In this document: in pieces, positions 20,701 to 29,033 of the stretch
Layout of the letters: each line of letters begins with the position of its first letter
Position numbering within the stretch: the first letter of the stretch is position 1
Origin: Chitinophaga pinensis
GTDB taxonomy: Bacteria; Bacteroidota; Bacteroidia; UBA7662
Direction of reading: 5' to 3'
Assembly (NCBI GenBank): GCA_943369355.1
Contig: CALRMX020000004.1
Coordinates: 347,654-379,653, forward strand
DNA: 32,000 bases
Made by a program: the position numbers and the translations under genes
The notes under the pieces: model-generated
What the model saw: the letters and a program-made list of their open reading frames with translations, nothing else
Told to the model about the DNA's origin: nothing
Databases searched by the model: none

Positions 20701-22110
20701 CTAATGCGTCAAGGAGGTATTCTTGCTGATATTAAACTTTCCACTCGCCTTCATTGCACCGAAGCCCCCAGCTACGTTGATGAGGTTGTCGTAACCACGT
20801 GCTTTTAAGATAGAGGCAAACACCATTGAGCGATATCCACCTGCGCAATGTACATACCAGGTTTTGCTTTTATCTGCCTTGAGCATGCTCTCGTTAACGA
20901 AATCGAGTGGTGCATTAACGGCATTGACCAGGTGTTCGCTTAGGTATTCACTTTCCTTACGAACATCTAGGATATCGATTTCGGGATTGGCCGATTCAAT
21001 AGCCGAAAACTCTTCGACTGTGATACTCTGGATGGTTTCAAAGGCACGACCAGCTGCCAACCAACTGCCAAAGCCACCTTCGAGGTAACCAATGGCGAAA
21101 TCGTAACCTACACGCGCCAAACGAGTAACTACCTCTTCTTCGCGGCCTGGTTCGGCAACCACTAAGATATGTTGACGAATATCGGGTATCAAGGTACCCA
21201 CCCAAGGAGCAAACCCTCCATCGATACCGATGTTGATGCTACCTGGGATAAAGCCTTGTGCAAATACTTCTGCCTTCCGGGTATCTAGAATAAGGGCATC
21301 GGTTTCGTTGGCTGCGGCTTCAAATGCTGCTGGTGAAAGAGCTTGCGTGCCGCGCTTCAGCACTTCGTCGATGCTGTCGTAACCTTTTTTGTTCATTTGA
21401 ACATTTAATGGGAAATAAGCAGGAGGCGGCATCAGGCCACTGGTCACTTCTTTCACAAATTCATCCTCAGTCATATCGGCACGCAGTGCGTAGTTGTTCT
21501 TTTTCTGGTTCCCGAGCAGGTCGAAGGTTTCTTTACTCATGTTTTTACCACAAGCTGAGCCGGCACCGTGGGCTGGATATACCACCACGTCGTCGGGCAA
21601 AGTCATGATTTTAAGCCTGAGCGAATTGTAGAGCAAACGTGCAAGATCGTCTTGTGTAAGTTCGCTTTTTGCTGCGAGGTCGGGACGGCCTACATCACCT
21701 ATGAACAAGGTATCGCCTGAAAAAATGGCTATTTCTTTGTTGTTTTCGTCTTTCAATAAATACGTAGTGCTTTCGAGGGTATGGCCAGGAGTATGCAACA
21801 CCTTAATGGTGAGCTTGCCTACTCGAAGTTCTTCGCCATCAGCAGCCACATGAACATCGTATTCGGTATGGGCATTCGGGCCAAATACAATTTTTGCTCC
21901 TGTAGCTTTGGCTAAGTCGAGATGGCCAGAAACGAAGTCGGCATGGAAATGCGTTTCAAGCACGTATTTAATCTTTGCTCCCGCTTTTTCGGCCCGTTGC
22001 TGATAAGCCGTTATTTCTCGAAGTGGATCAATAACCACGGCTTCTCCATCACTTTCAATATAATAGGCTCCTTGGGCAAGGCAACCGGTATAAATTTGCT
22101 CAATGGTCAT
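20701..22110 (-). CDS. MBL-fold metallo-hydrolase fused to two rhodanese-like domains (persulfide dioxygenase / sulfurtransferase type)
   Basis: The metal motif is ETHFHADFVSGH, with later HTPGHT and PAHGAGSACG. Two rhodanese-like modules follow, the last with the active-site loop CAGGYRS. Confidence 0.8.
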   Translation of the reverse strand: MTIEQIYTGCLAQGAYYIESDGEAVVIDPLREITAYQQRAEKAGAKIKYVLETHFHADFVSGHLDLAKATGAKIVFGPNAHTEYDVHVAADGEELRVGKLTIKVLHTPGHTLESTTYLLKDENNKEIAIFSGDTLFIGDVGRPDLAAKSELTQDDLARLLYNSLRLKIMTLPDDVVVYPAHGAGSACGKNMSKETFDLLGNQKKNNYALRADMTEDEFVKEVTSGLMPPPAYFPLNVQMNKKGYDSIDEVLKRGTQALSPAAFEAAANETDALILDTRKAEVFAQGFIPGSINIGIDGGFAPWVGTLIPDIRQHILVVAEPGREEEVVTRLARVGYDFAIGYLEGGFGSWLAAGRAFETIQSITVEEFSAIESANPEIDILDVRKESEYLSEHLVNAVNAPLDFVNESMLKADKSKTWYVHCAGGYRSMVFASILKARGYDNLINVAGGFGAMKASGKFNISKNTSLTH

Positions 22111-22215
22111 ATGCGGAAGATTTTAGATGAATCAGAAAATTAAAGATAAGGTATCGGTCGAAATACACCTGAAAACGAAGTTCTAAAACATGAAGTTCAA
22201 TTCAACGCAAGAAGT

Positions 22216-23010
22216 TCAGCTAAGTAGTCCCAGTTCTTTGACAAGAATGAATACGCCCATGACAAGCACAAACCAACCAAAGGCTTTTTTCAGTTTACTG
22301 CCATCTATTTTTCTTGACAGGTAGTTGCCTCCAAAAATTCCGGCGATGGCTATTCCACTGATGCTAAGGAGCATGGTCCAGTCGATAGCAAGATGTCCCA
22401 AATCGCCAGTAAAACCAATAAGCGATTTGGCTGCTATGATGAGTAAGGAGGTCCCTACCGCCATTTTCATGGATAAACCGGTGAGTAAGACCAAGGCAGG
22501 TATGATGAGAAAACCTCCACCGGCACCAACCAAACCGGTAAGTGTTCCTACCACTGCTCCTTCGAGTAAAATGAGACCATACCGATATGTTCCTTTGGTT
22601 TTTGGCATGGCGGGCCTAGCATCGCGTATCATAGAAACAGAAGCGGCCACCATGAGCATCGCAAACAACAACATGAGGAAGAGTGGACGAGTGAGCTCAA
22701 AAGCACCAACTGTAAATAGCTGCTCTGGGATGGCAGGAACCAATAAAGCCCGTGTTAGATATACGGCAACTATGCTTGGAGCTCCAAAAACTGCCGCAGT
22801 TTTCAAGTCTACCAATCCTTCTTTGTATTTACTCCAACTGCCCACTAGGCTGGTTAAGCCAACGATAAACAGACTGTAAGCAGTAGCCGCTACGGGTTCA
22901 ACTCCCAACAGATATACGAGTACAGGAACAGTAAGAATAGATCCACCTCCTCCTATCATGCCAAGCGACAACCCAATCAATGCTGCACTCAGGTATCCGA
23001 TAATTTCCAT
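22216..23010 (-). CDS. TauE/SafE-family sulfite/anion exporter
   Basis: ORF 22216..23079; I prefer ATG 23010 (MEIIGYLSAALIGLSLGMIGGGGSILTVP). A duplicated GGGxxxxP motif (GAGGGFLIIPAL) is typical of TauE. Confidence 0.85.
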   Translation of the reverse strand: MEIIGYLSAALIGLSLGMIGGGGSILTVPVLVYLLGVEPVAATAYSLFIVGLTSLVGSWSKYKEGLVDLKTAAVFGAPSIVAVYLTRALLVPAIPEQLFTVGAFELTRPLFLMLLFAMLMVAASVSMIRDARPAMPKTKGTYRYGLILLEGAVVGTLTGLVGAGGGFLIIPALVLLTGLSMKMAVGTSLLIIAAKSLIGFTGDLGHLAIDWTMLLSISGIAIAGIFGGNYLSRKIDGSKLKKAFGWFVLVMGVFILVKELGLLS

Positions 23011-23208
23011 GTGTTGAATTTCGTACAAAATTTGCAGTTGCATTCGACTTGAATTGTGACTTGGGTTACGGAAGTGCAACTAAAAGCAGGTGTTCATCTT
23101 AATCTTCAGAATTAATGAGCATATCATTTATCTAATTCTACCAATTTTCTCCAGGTATCAGGTTTACCACTCATCAAGATGTATATGCCCGAATCACCCG
23201 AAATTTGG

Positions 23209-26022
23209 CTAACGAATCAATTGTATTTCTTTTCGAAAGACTTTCCACGTACTTGTTTCGCCTCGGTATTGCAGTACAACGAGGTAGTTTCCTGCCGGAC
23301 AAACTTGACCGTTGACGTTACCATCCCAATAATGTTCAAAATTAGTTGTACTAAAAACTTCTTGGCCCCAACGATTAAATACTTTCAGCTGAAGTTGGTC
23401 GGCACCCAATAAAACATAGGATAGCCTTTCGTTGACGCCATCACCATTGGGAGAAAAGATATTGGGGAAAAGGAGAACTAGCGGCTCATTGACCCGAATC
23501 ACCCGAATAAAACTATCAACACAAGCTGTAAGACTGTCTTGTACTACTAGCTTAATTGCTTTATTCCCTCTACGTTCGAACGAAATTTGAAGGTCTTTGT
23601 CCATGGACACAGTAACACTATTGGTGTCCCATCGATAAGCAGTTGCGTTGACACTGTAGTTTATTCCATTTAGGAGTTCAAATACCTCCAAAGTATCTCT
23701 AGTCAGTGAAAAGTGCGCTTTTAAAGGCCTAAGCGTTAGTTGTATTGGTTGACTTGCAAAAATGCTATCACAAGAACCAAATTGGTACCGAGCAAGTGCT
23801 CTGTACTCTCCTGTTCTGTTTACCAACCTTACGCCCCCTTGGGTTTGTCCGATTGAAGAACCGTTGAAAATCCATTCAACTTGTTGAGGTGGTGGAATAA
23901 CTTGTAAGGCAACTACACTATCTCTACATAAAGATGCATTCGGATGTAATTGTAAACGTGCATCCGGGAATTCGTCTTTTGAAAACCGTATGGTATCGCT
24001 CAGCTGACGACAACCATTTGTATCGATAGCTAAGCAATAATATGATCCAGTATCGGATATACTCAAGCTGGTACCTGAAGATAATACCAAAGCAGAACCT
24101 AAACGGTACCACGAAAAAGATACTAAATTCGAATTCAGCACACGTAAATCAACGGTATGCCCTTCGCAAAAAGAGGTATTGGAAGTGGTGTTGAGACTTA
24201 ATTGGTAAGGAGGAAAATTCCGTACTTCTAGCACATTAGTACTATCGTTAAAGCAAGGTGAGCCTCGGTAACGCAAATAATAACGACCAGGTTGGTGTAT
24301 TCGTAAAAAGGTATCCACGGCATTGGCTATTGGAACGCCATTCCGTATCCATTGGTAGCTCATGCCTAAAATCCTAGGGACCGCTATTAGCAGTGTGTCG
24401 GTGCTACATTTTCTTAAACTATCGGGTAAAACACCTTTCGGATTAACCGCCGAGGCATCACGCACAAAAATAGAATCTACATAAGTTGAGCATCCTGGGA
24501 TGGTCATTTCAACGATATACCAACCTAATCGTGCTGTATTGTACATAAACGGCCTTGGATTTTGCAAAGTATCGTTGAAGCCATTTGGACCTGTCCACCG
24601 ATAATGTGCCTGTGGGTAATACGCAGCGCTAAGTTTTACGGAATCACCCATACAAATTGGACTATTCACATCAATACCCGTGGCAAATTCGCTGAAGTTC
24701 GAAAAATAAGCGTACCTCGCTTGCGAATTGGTACCACCGTGTAATACCGCCATTTGAAATACATCGCTAGTGTTGCGAACCAGTAGAGCATTATTTGCCG
24801 CCAATATTGAATTTGGAACTAAATAGCGTGCAACTAGCCAATTATTGCCGCCTCCAGTAACTGGCAAAAAAGTTGAAGCTGGAATTAAGTTTGGTACTCC
24901 ATTCAAAAGAAAGTTTGTTTCACCACCACGATTAACTGTTAAAAGAATTATGAGCGTATCGGTTCCTGAACGAACAACACCCACTTCGGGTGAACCTGTA
25001 CAATACACAGGTGGGAGCTGCGCAGCTCCCATTTGGCAACCAATACCCGATACATGAAATACTGATATGGGCTCGTTTGCTGAGATAAATACATTTGGAC
25101 TATCTAGTGCGAAAGTAAAGGTGGACCCTGCCTGTGGTAATGTAACAAACGGTGTTGAATTAGCGCGCAAGTAAACACTTGTGTTAGGGGCGGTAGTTGT
25201 AATACTAATCAACTCACCCAGAGCCGATAATCCTCCATTCACAGCAATATAACCTCTTCCTAGATTCTCAATTGGTAATATTTGATCACCAATAAGCTCT
25301 AGGCAACCAGTACCAAATCCGATAGCATCTTGTTTAACAGTTATCGCTATTGGATGATTACTCGAAACATAACTTCCAGCCGGAATCTGTGCTCCAACGG
25401 TAGTATCCGAAACAACGCTGTAGGTTTGCCCTTCATGAAGTAAAACTTGAAACGGAACCCCTGCTGCATGACCCAACACATTTACTGAGGGAGTGATTGA
25501 AACCAAGGTACTATCGCGTGTAGCTACTATGTCGAAAGAAGAATTTGCTCCAAGTATAGCTGCTCGGTCGGGATAAAAGAGATTTTGCATGGGTATTCGG
25601 AATGCTGTACCCAAGGCATTTTTACCCTTTAAGCTGAATATTTCCGCATTACACCCACAACTACCTCCCCCAACTTCCCAATAAGCATTTATTCTCTTGT
25701 CGGACCAGACGTATATGCCCCATCTCTGAATCTGATTAGGCACTTTTAATTCCAAAGAGTCAATAAACGGAGTCAAATCAATGGTCACCGTTTGGTTTGG
25801 CGCTATACTTCTTACAATGGAAGTAAACCAGTTTACCCCCGGCACCCTTACGTGTACAAAGGCACCTTGAGCATGAGCGGTTAAGCGAAGTAAGATGGGT
25901 CTATCCCGTTGATCGGTAGTTTGTTCCACCTCTGGAACAGCAAACCAAAACAAGGTGTCGACCTGTCCATAGGTTTGTGTATAGGAAAAAAAGATGCCTA
26001 AAAGTACAATCCATCTTTTCAT
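23209..26022 (-). CDS. Large secreted protein with a T9SS type-B (gliding motility-associated) C-terminal sorting domain
   Basis: Signal peptide MKRWIVLLGIFFSYTQTYGQ. Ig-like repeats each carry Cys pairs. The C-terminus is LLFPNIFSPNGDGVNERL...VFNRWGQEVF...WDG...AGNYLVVLQY. Confidence 0.85.
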   Translation of the reverse strand: MKRWIVLLGIFFSYTQTYGQVDTLFWFAVPEVEQTTDQRDRPILLRLTAHAQGAFVHVRVPGVNWFTSIVRSIAPNQTVTIDLTPFIDSLELKVPNQIQRWGIYVWSDKRINAYWEVGGGSCGCNAEIFSLKGKNALGTAFRIPMQNLFYPDRAAILGANSSFDIVATRDSTLVSITPSVNVLGHAAGVPFQVLLHEGQTYSVVSDTTVGAQIPAGSYVSSNHPIAITVKQDAIGFGTGCLELIGDQILPIENLGRGYIAVNGGLSALGELISITTTAPNTSVYLRANSTPFVTLPQAGSTFTFALDSPNVFISANEPISVFHVSGIGCQMGAAQLPPVYCTGSPEVGVVRSGTDTLIILLTVNRGGETNFLLNGVPNLIPASTFLPVTGGGNNWLVARYLVPNSILAANNALLVRNTSDVFQMAVLHGGTNSQARYAYFSNFSEFATGIDVNSPICMGDSVKLSAAYYPQAHYRWTGPNGFNDTLQNPRPFMYNTARLGWYIVEMTIPGCSTYVDSIFVRDASAVNPKGVLPDSLRKCSTDTLLIAVPRILGMSYQWIRNGVPIANAVDTFLRIHQPGRYYLRYRGSPCFNDSTNVLEVRNFPPYQLSLNTTSNTSFCEGHTVDLRVLNSNLVSFSWYRLGSALVLSSGTSLSISDTGSYYCLAIDTNGCRQLSDTIRFSKDEFPDARLQLHPNASLCRDSVVALQVIPPPQQVEWIFNGSSIGQTQGGVRLVNRTGEYRALARYQFGSCDSIFASQPIQLTLRPLKAHFSLTRDTLEVFELLNGINYSVNATAYRWDTNSVTVSMDKDLQISFERRGNKAIKLVVQDSLTACVDSFIRVIRVNEPLVLLFPNIFSPNGDGVNERLSYVLLGADQLQLKVFNRWGQEVFSTTNFEHYWDGNVNGQVCPAGNYLVVLQYRGETSTWKVFRKEIQLIR

Positions 26023-26110
26023 GCATCTAAACTACATACTAGAGCATTAGAAATGTCATGAAATTAACACAAAACACGTTTAAGGCAATCAAGCTGTGTC
26101 CAAATTCACC

Positions 26111-28090
26111 TTACTTATCCCTTAAAGTCTCCCAAACCACATTCACCCGGCGGTTACGCGATGCAGGAACGCCGAACATCGTTACAGAAGGGCCAGTTCC
26201 CTTTGTTTTCACTTTCCGCTTTTTCCGTTCAAACAAAGGAAAATATTCATCACTAACAATCAGCTGTCCGTTGTCAATATATTTTTTGAGCGCTCCTTGA
26301 TTCCAGTTTACGATGTAGTTTTTTAATACTGCGCCGCGTTTAAGTGCCAATTCCTTATTGAACTTTTCATATACACTCTGCGATGTATAAACACCCATAT
26401 ACACCTTGATCTTTCGTCCGGCTCGGAGAGTAGAATCCAATCGAAACGGGAAAAGCTCCAATTCACGCATTCCACGTTCAATATCAACAAACAAAGCGTC
26501 TAGCTCGGGCTGGCTGCTCGAAGATTTAGCGTAGTATACATGTTTCCCCTTTAAATACCCTTTATAGTAATTAGAATAATCTCTTAAACTATCACGCAAA
26601 TTCATTTCTTTACCCGGCTCACCATTCTGAAAAAACACCGTTAAAAATCCCGAAGTACTTAATACAGGCTTTATTTCTGTCAACTTAAATTTAGCAGTCA
26701 TGATGCCATTAACGGTATCAAAACTAGCCTCCTCATGAATGTCGTAATATCCATTACATCTTATTGACACATTCCACGAGGGATATGGCTTTAGAAAACT
26801 GCCTAAATCCACAATACCACCTATTATATCTACCACAGTTGAATCCCCAGAAATTGAGTTTCTCGCAACTAGATGTATGGTATCCTGCTTGGTTGTAGAA
26901 GTACCTGAGTGTCTATCAACTTCTAATCGAAATGCCATGGGGATTTCTTTGGGTTTTCGAATGAAAGTGTATAAATCGTCATTGAATTTTTCTCCACTTC
27001 TATTTGTGGTATAATAGCCTTTGACAGAATCTGACCATGTAATCCCGAAATCATCATAAACAGAGTTGATTGGCTCAGGTAATAATCTTCTTTCACCGTC
27101 CTTAAATTCTACGATATCTAAACCACCATAATTATCTGCGTCATTGGTTACGTAATAGAGCGTGTTATTTGGTCCTATACTTGGGAAAACTTCATCGTAA
27201 GCAGAATTGATATCACTATTCAGCAACTCAAGGTTTCCCCATCCAGGTTTCAGCCATTTTACACGATATAGGTCAAAACCCCCTAAACCATTGGGCATGT
27301 TGGACGAAAAGTATAAATAATCACCTGATGAATCGAAACACGGATGTTGGGTTGAATATTTTGTCGAGTTAAATATAAATTCTTGCGGTTCTGACCAAAT
27401 CTGATTTACTCTTTGATAAACTTCCAAATAAAGAAGTTGTTCTCCCTTTGCATTCAGCGAACTCCTATTTTTTGTTGTTACCAGTATGCTACTGTCCTTC
27501 GAGATAACCAAAGGCCCCTCGTGTAAGTCAGAACCAAATCCCCTTGGAAACCCAGCTATTGGATAAAATTTACCCAATGTATCTGCGAGATAAAATTTCA
27601 AATATGGAAGACCTGTAAACTCATAAATGGGCACTTTCTTTTTCTTCGATTCAAAACGACTCGATGAAAACAAGATTTTTCCGTCTTTATAAAAAGGCAT
27701 TAAATCTTCTTGAGCTGTATTAAAAGACACCGGATAAACCTGGTATTCCCACTCATTTATTAAAATATATTTATTGTTTATATTTAGAAGTGGCGATTTA
27801 CTTGTTTGTTGAGCACCTGCATTTGAATACCTTTTCTTTTGCACTAGGTTTAAATCGCGTTGGGTTTTATATGCCAGGTCATAATATAAAAAAGCACTAT
27901 CCATTTTATCCATTGAGTAAAATAAATCAGCATAATCCAGAATACTTGATGAATCTCCATTTTGAAGTTGAATTCTGTAAGCAGACAAATCCTTGATCCT
28001 CCTTTTCGGATATTTTAAGTCAGAAGAAGGTTGCGCGTCAACGGATAAAAATAGCGTCAACAGCTGCAGCAATAAACCAATTCTTTTCAT
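26111..28090 (-). CDS. OmpA-family protein with PD40/TolB-like beta-propeller repeats (usual partner of PorP/SprF genes)
   Basis: It has a signal peptide. PD40-like segments are present (HPCFDSSGDYLYFSSNMPNGLGGFDLYRV, EVFPSIGPNNTLYYVTND..GGLDIV). The C-terminus is a divergent OmpA-like domain (NKELALKRGAVLKNYIV ... NRRVNVVWE). Confidence 0.7.
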   Translation of the reverse strand: MKRIGLLLQLLTLFLSVDAQPSSDLKYPKRRIKDLSAYRIQLQNGDSSSILDYADLFYSMDKMDSAFLYYDLAYKTQRDLNLVQKKRYSNAGAQQTSKSPLLNINNKYILINEWEYQVYPVSFNTAQEDLMPFYKDGKILFSSSRFESKKKKVPIYEFTGLPYLKFYLADTLGKFYPIAGFPRGFGSDLHEGPLVISKDSSILVTTKNRSSLNAKGEQLLYLEVYQRVNQIWSEPQEFIFNSTKYSTQHPCFDSSGDYLYFSSNMPNGLGGFDLYRVKWLKPGWGNLELLNSDINSAYDEVFPSIGPNNTLYYVTNDADNYGGLDIVEFKDGERRLLPEPINSVYDDFGITWSDSVKGYYTTNRSGEKFNDDLYTFIRKPKEIPMAFRLEVDRHSGTSTTKQDTIHLVARNSISGDSTVVDIIGGIVDLGSFLKPYPSWNVSIRCNGYYDIHEEASFDTVNGIMTAKFKLTEIKPVLSTSGFLTVFFQNGEPGKEMNLRDSLRDYSNYYKGYLKGKHVYYAKSSSSQPELDALFVDIERGMRELELFPFRLDSTLRAGRKIKVYMGVYTSQSVYEKFNKELALKRGAVLKNYIVNWNQGALKKYIDNGQLIVSDEYFPLFERKKRKVKTKGTGPSVTMFGVPASRNRRVNVVWETLRDK

Positions 28091-28097
28091 CTCAGGC

Positions 28098-29018
28098 TTA
28101 CATAAAATATCTAGGCGACCGGATGAACGGCCGGAACTTAGATTCCCAATAAAACCTCAATGCGAATTCATGGGTGTGAAGTGACCCTTGTTGGATAGCG
28201 TTAATTGGAAATTCGAATTGATATCCCAAATACCACTTTTCTGAAATTCTATAACCTGTGAGTAGACCAATAGAATTAGATAATCGGAACATCGGCCCAA
28301 AATCATACTTATTTTGATATTTGAATATCGCATGCAAATCCAGTTGAGCCGGATTGCCAATTCCTTTTCTCAACATACAGCTACTCATTAATTCCCAACC
28401 GTCAGCTAATGGAAAAGTAATTCCACCGTAAGCAAACATACTCGTTGGCAATACGGAATAAATTGGCATACCAATATCCACTGTTCTGGTAATAGCTTGT
28501 GGTACCGCCACACCAATAAAAGCCTCTTTTGAGTAAAGCAAGGCTCCAAACCCCAAATTTCCTGCAAAACCAGAAATTAAATTTCCATTCAAATTGGGAT
28601 CGCCATATTCAATATTTCTGAGGTCATCAAAATTTGTTGAAGTATTCGTGCCTTTTACTCTTATTCCCGTAGATAGCGCCCAACCATTCTCAATACGTAA
28701 GGTATAGGATACGTCCATCTGAATTTTCGTTTCAGTAATTGGTCCAACCTTATCCTGATAAATTCCTACAGCGCCACCTAATAAACGGGCTAATTTAAAA
28801 TTCGCAAAAAACGAAGTGGTTACAGGTGCTCCTTCAAATCCAACCCATTGGTTTCGGTGCAAGAAACCTGCTTGATTATCTTCAAAAACTCCTGCTTGCG
28901 CGGGATTTATTATAGTGCTATTAAAGACGTACTGACCAAAAAATGGATCATATTGACCCTCAACGACCATAGTAAATACTGTCCAATTCAAAAAAATTAA
29001 TAACAAATGTCTTTTCAT
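28098..29018 (-). CDS. PorP/SprF-family type IX secretion system membrane protein
   Basis: The N-terminal DPFFGQYVFNSTIINPAQAG motif (Q.Y..N....NPA.AG) is present, the size fits a beta-barrel, and it sits directly downstream of a type-B CTD cargo gene. Confidence 0.85.
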   Translation of the reverse strand: MKRHLLLIFLNWTVFTMVVEGQYDPFFGQYVFNSTIINPAQAGVFEDNQAGFLHRNQWVGFEGAPVTTSFFANFKLARLLGGAVGIYQDKVGPITETKIQMDVSYTLRIENGWALSTGIRVKGTNTSTNFDDLRNIEYGDPNLNGNLISGFAGNLGFGALLYSKEAFIGVAVPQAITRTVDIGMPIYSVLPTSMFAYGGITFPLADGWELMSSCMLRKGIGNPAQLDLHAIFKYQNKYDFGPMFRLSNSIGLLTGYRISEKWYLGYQFEFPINAIQQGSLHTHEFALRFYWESKFRPFIRSPRYFM

Positions 29019-29033
29019 AATTAAGATTCTTTA

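Noticed and set aside
22325-22879. 184-aa + strand ORF inside the TauE gene
   Set aside because: It is the antisense shadow of a hydrophobic membrane-protein gene. The minus-strand product has the duplicated GGG....P TauE motifs.
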